A stretch of 64,000 nucleotides of DNA from Eledone cirrhosa (taxonomy: Eukaryota), in assembly GCA_964016885.1 (NCBI GenBank), contig OZ024741.1:389980001-390044000 (forward strand). Direction: 5' to 3'. The first letter of the stretch is position 1; the number at the start of each line of letters is the position of its first letter. Under the pieces are notes generated by a model, which ran no database searches, had not been told where the DNA came from, and worked only from the letters and a program-made list of their open reading frames with translations. Both the position numbers and the translations under genes were made by a program. This document shows, piece by piece, positions 63,539 through 64,000 of the stretch.

Positions 63539-64000
63539 AGCAAAGCTGGATTAAATCCTCTTGAGACCCTAAGCGCTTAAAAGATTGTGGTGACCCCATA
63601 TATGAAGTCTGCAAAAAAATGTTCTTTTTAGGAAAAATACATTTAATTTGAATAAAATAGTGGCCTTCTTCCATTAATAGAGATAAGTACATACTCTATT
63701 AACATTTGTGATTGGTAACCTTAATGGTTAATCCAGTTCTATTTATTAGACAAGCTAAACTCTCTAGATTTCTTATTTAAACAAAAAGTAATTTATCAAA
63801 CTTAACTGAAAAGCTTCAGATAAGATTGTTGTTTTTTTCTTTTGTTGCATATATATTTCACATTTGTTTATCAATAAGTCACAGTTCTGAAAAAGTTTAT
63901 ATATATATATATATGTGTATGTCTGTGTGTGTGTGAAAGATAACCTGCTGAAGGTGGCAAACGAAATATCTAGGGCGAAGGAGAGTGACTTGGTGATGGA

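Overview
AT-rich, repeat-dense eukaryotic genomic DNA. The SINE/LINE families and (TA)n/(GAT)n microsatellites suggest an octopod cephalopod (inference). The window lies inside one large + strand gene. Six small GT-AG exons (6937-7111, 23395-23508, 37487-37566, 47561-47668, 52426-52556, 54293-54509) splice in frame into the C-terminal LRR region and downstream part of a CEP78 (centrosomal protein 78) orthologue; the start and end of the gene were not found in the window. The introns carry a near-full-length RTE-clade LINE (one reading frame, three stops, with a PHD-type C4HC3 finger inside the RT) nested in a piggyBac-type MITE, many RTE fragments, a second RTE-like LINE family, two DD34D mariner relics, a Penelope-like element with a hammerhead-ribozyme motif, an L1/Tx1 relic, Helitron 3' ends, two tRNA-derived SINE families and mini/microsatellites. 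Best observations: the PHD finger inside the RT, twin-priming-type 5' inversions in non-L1 LINEs, repeated same-site SINE insertion, long inverted-repeat hairpins (candidate ADAR substrates) and TE insertions abutting splice sites. All calls were made by eye; TE boundaries are approximate.
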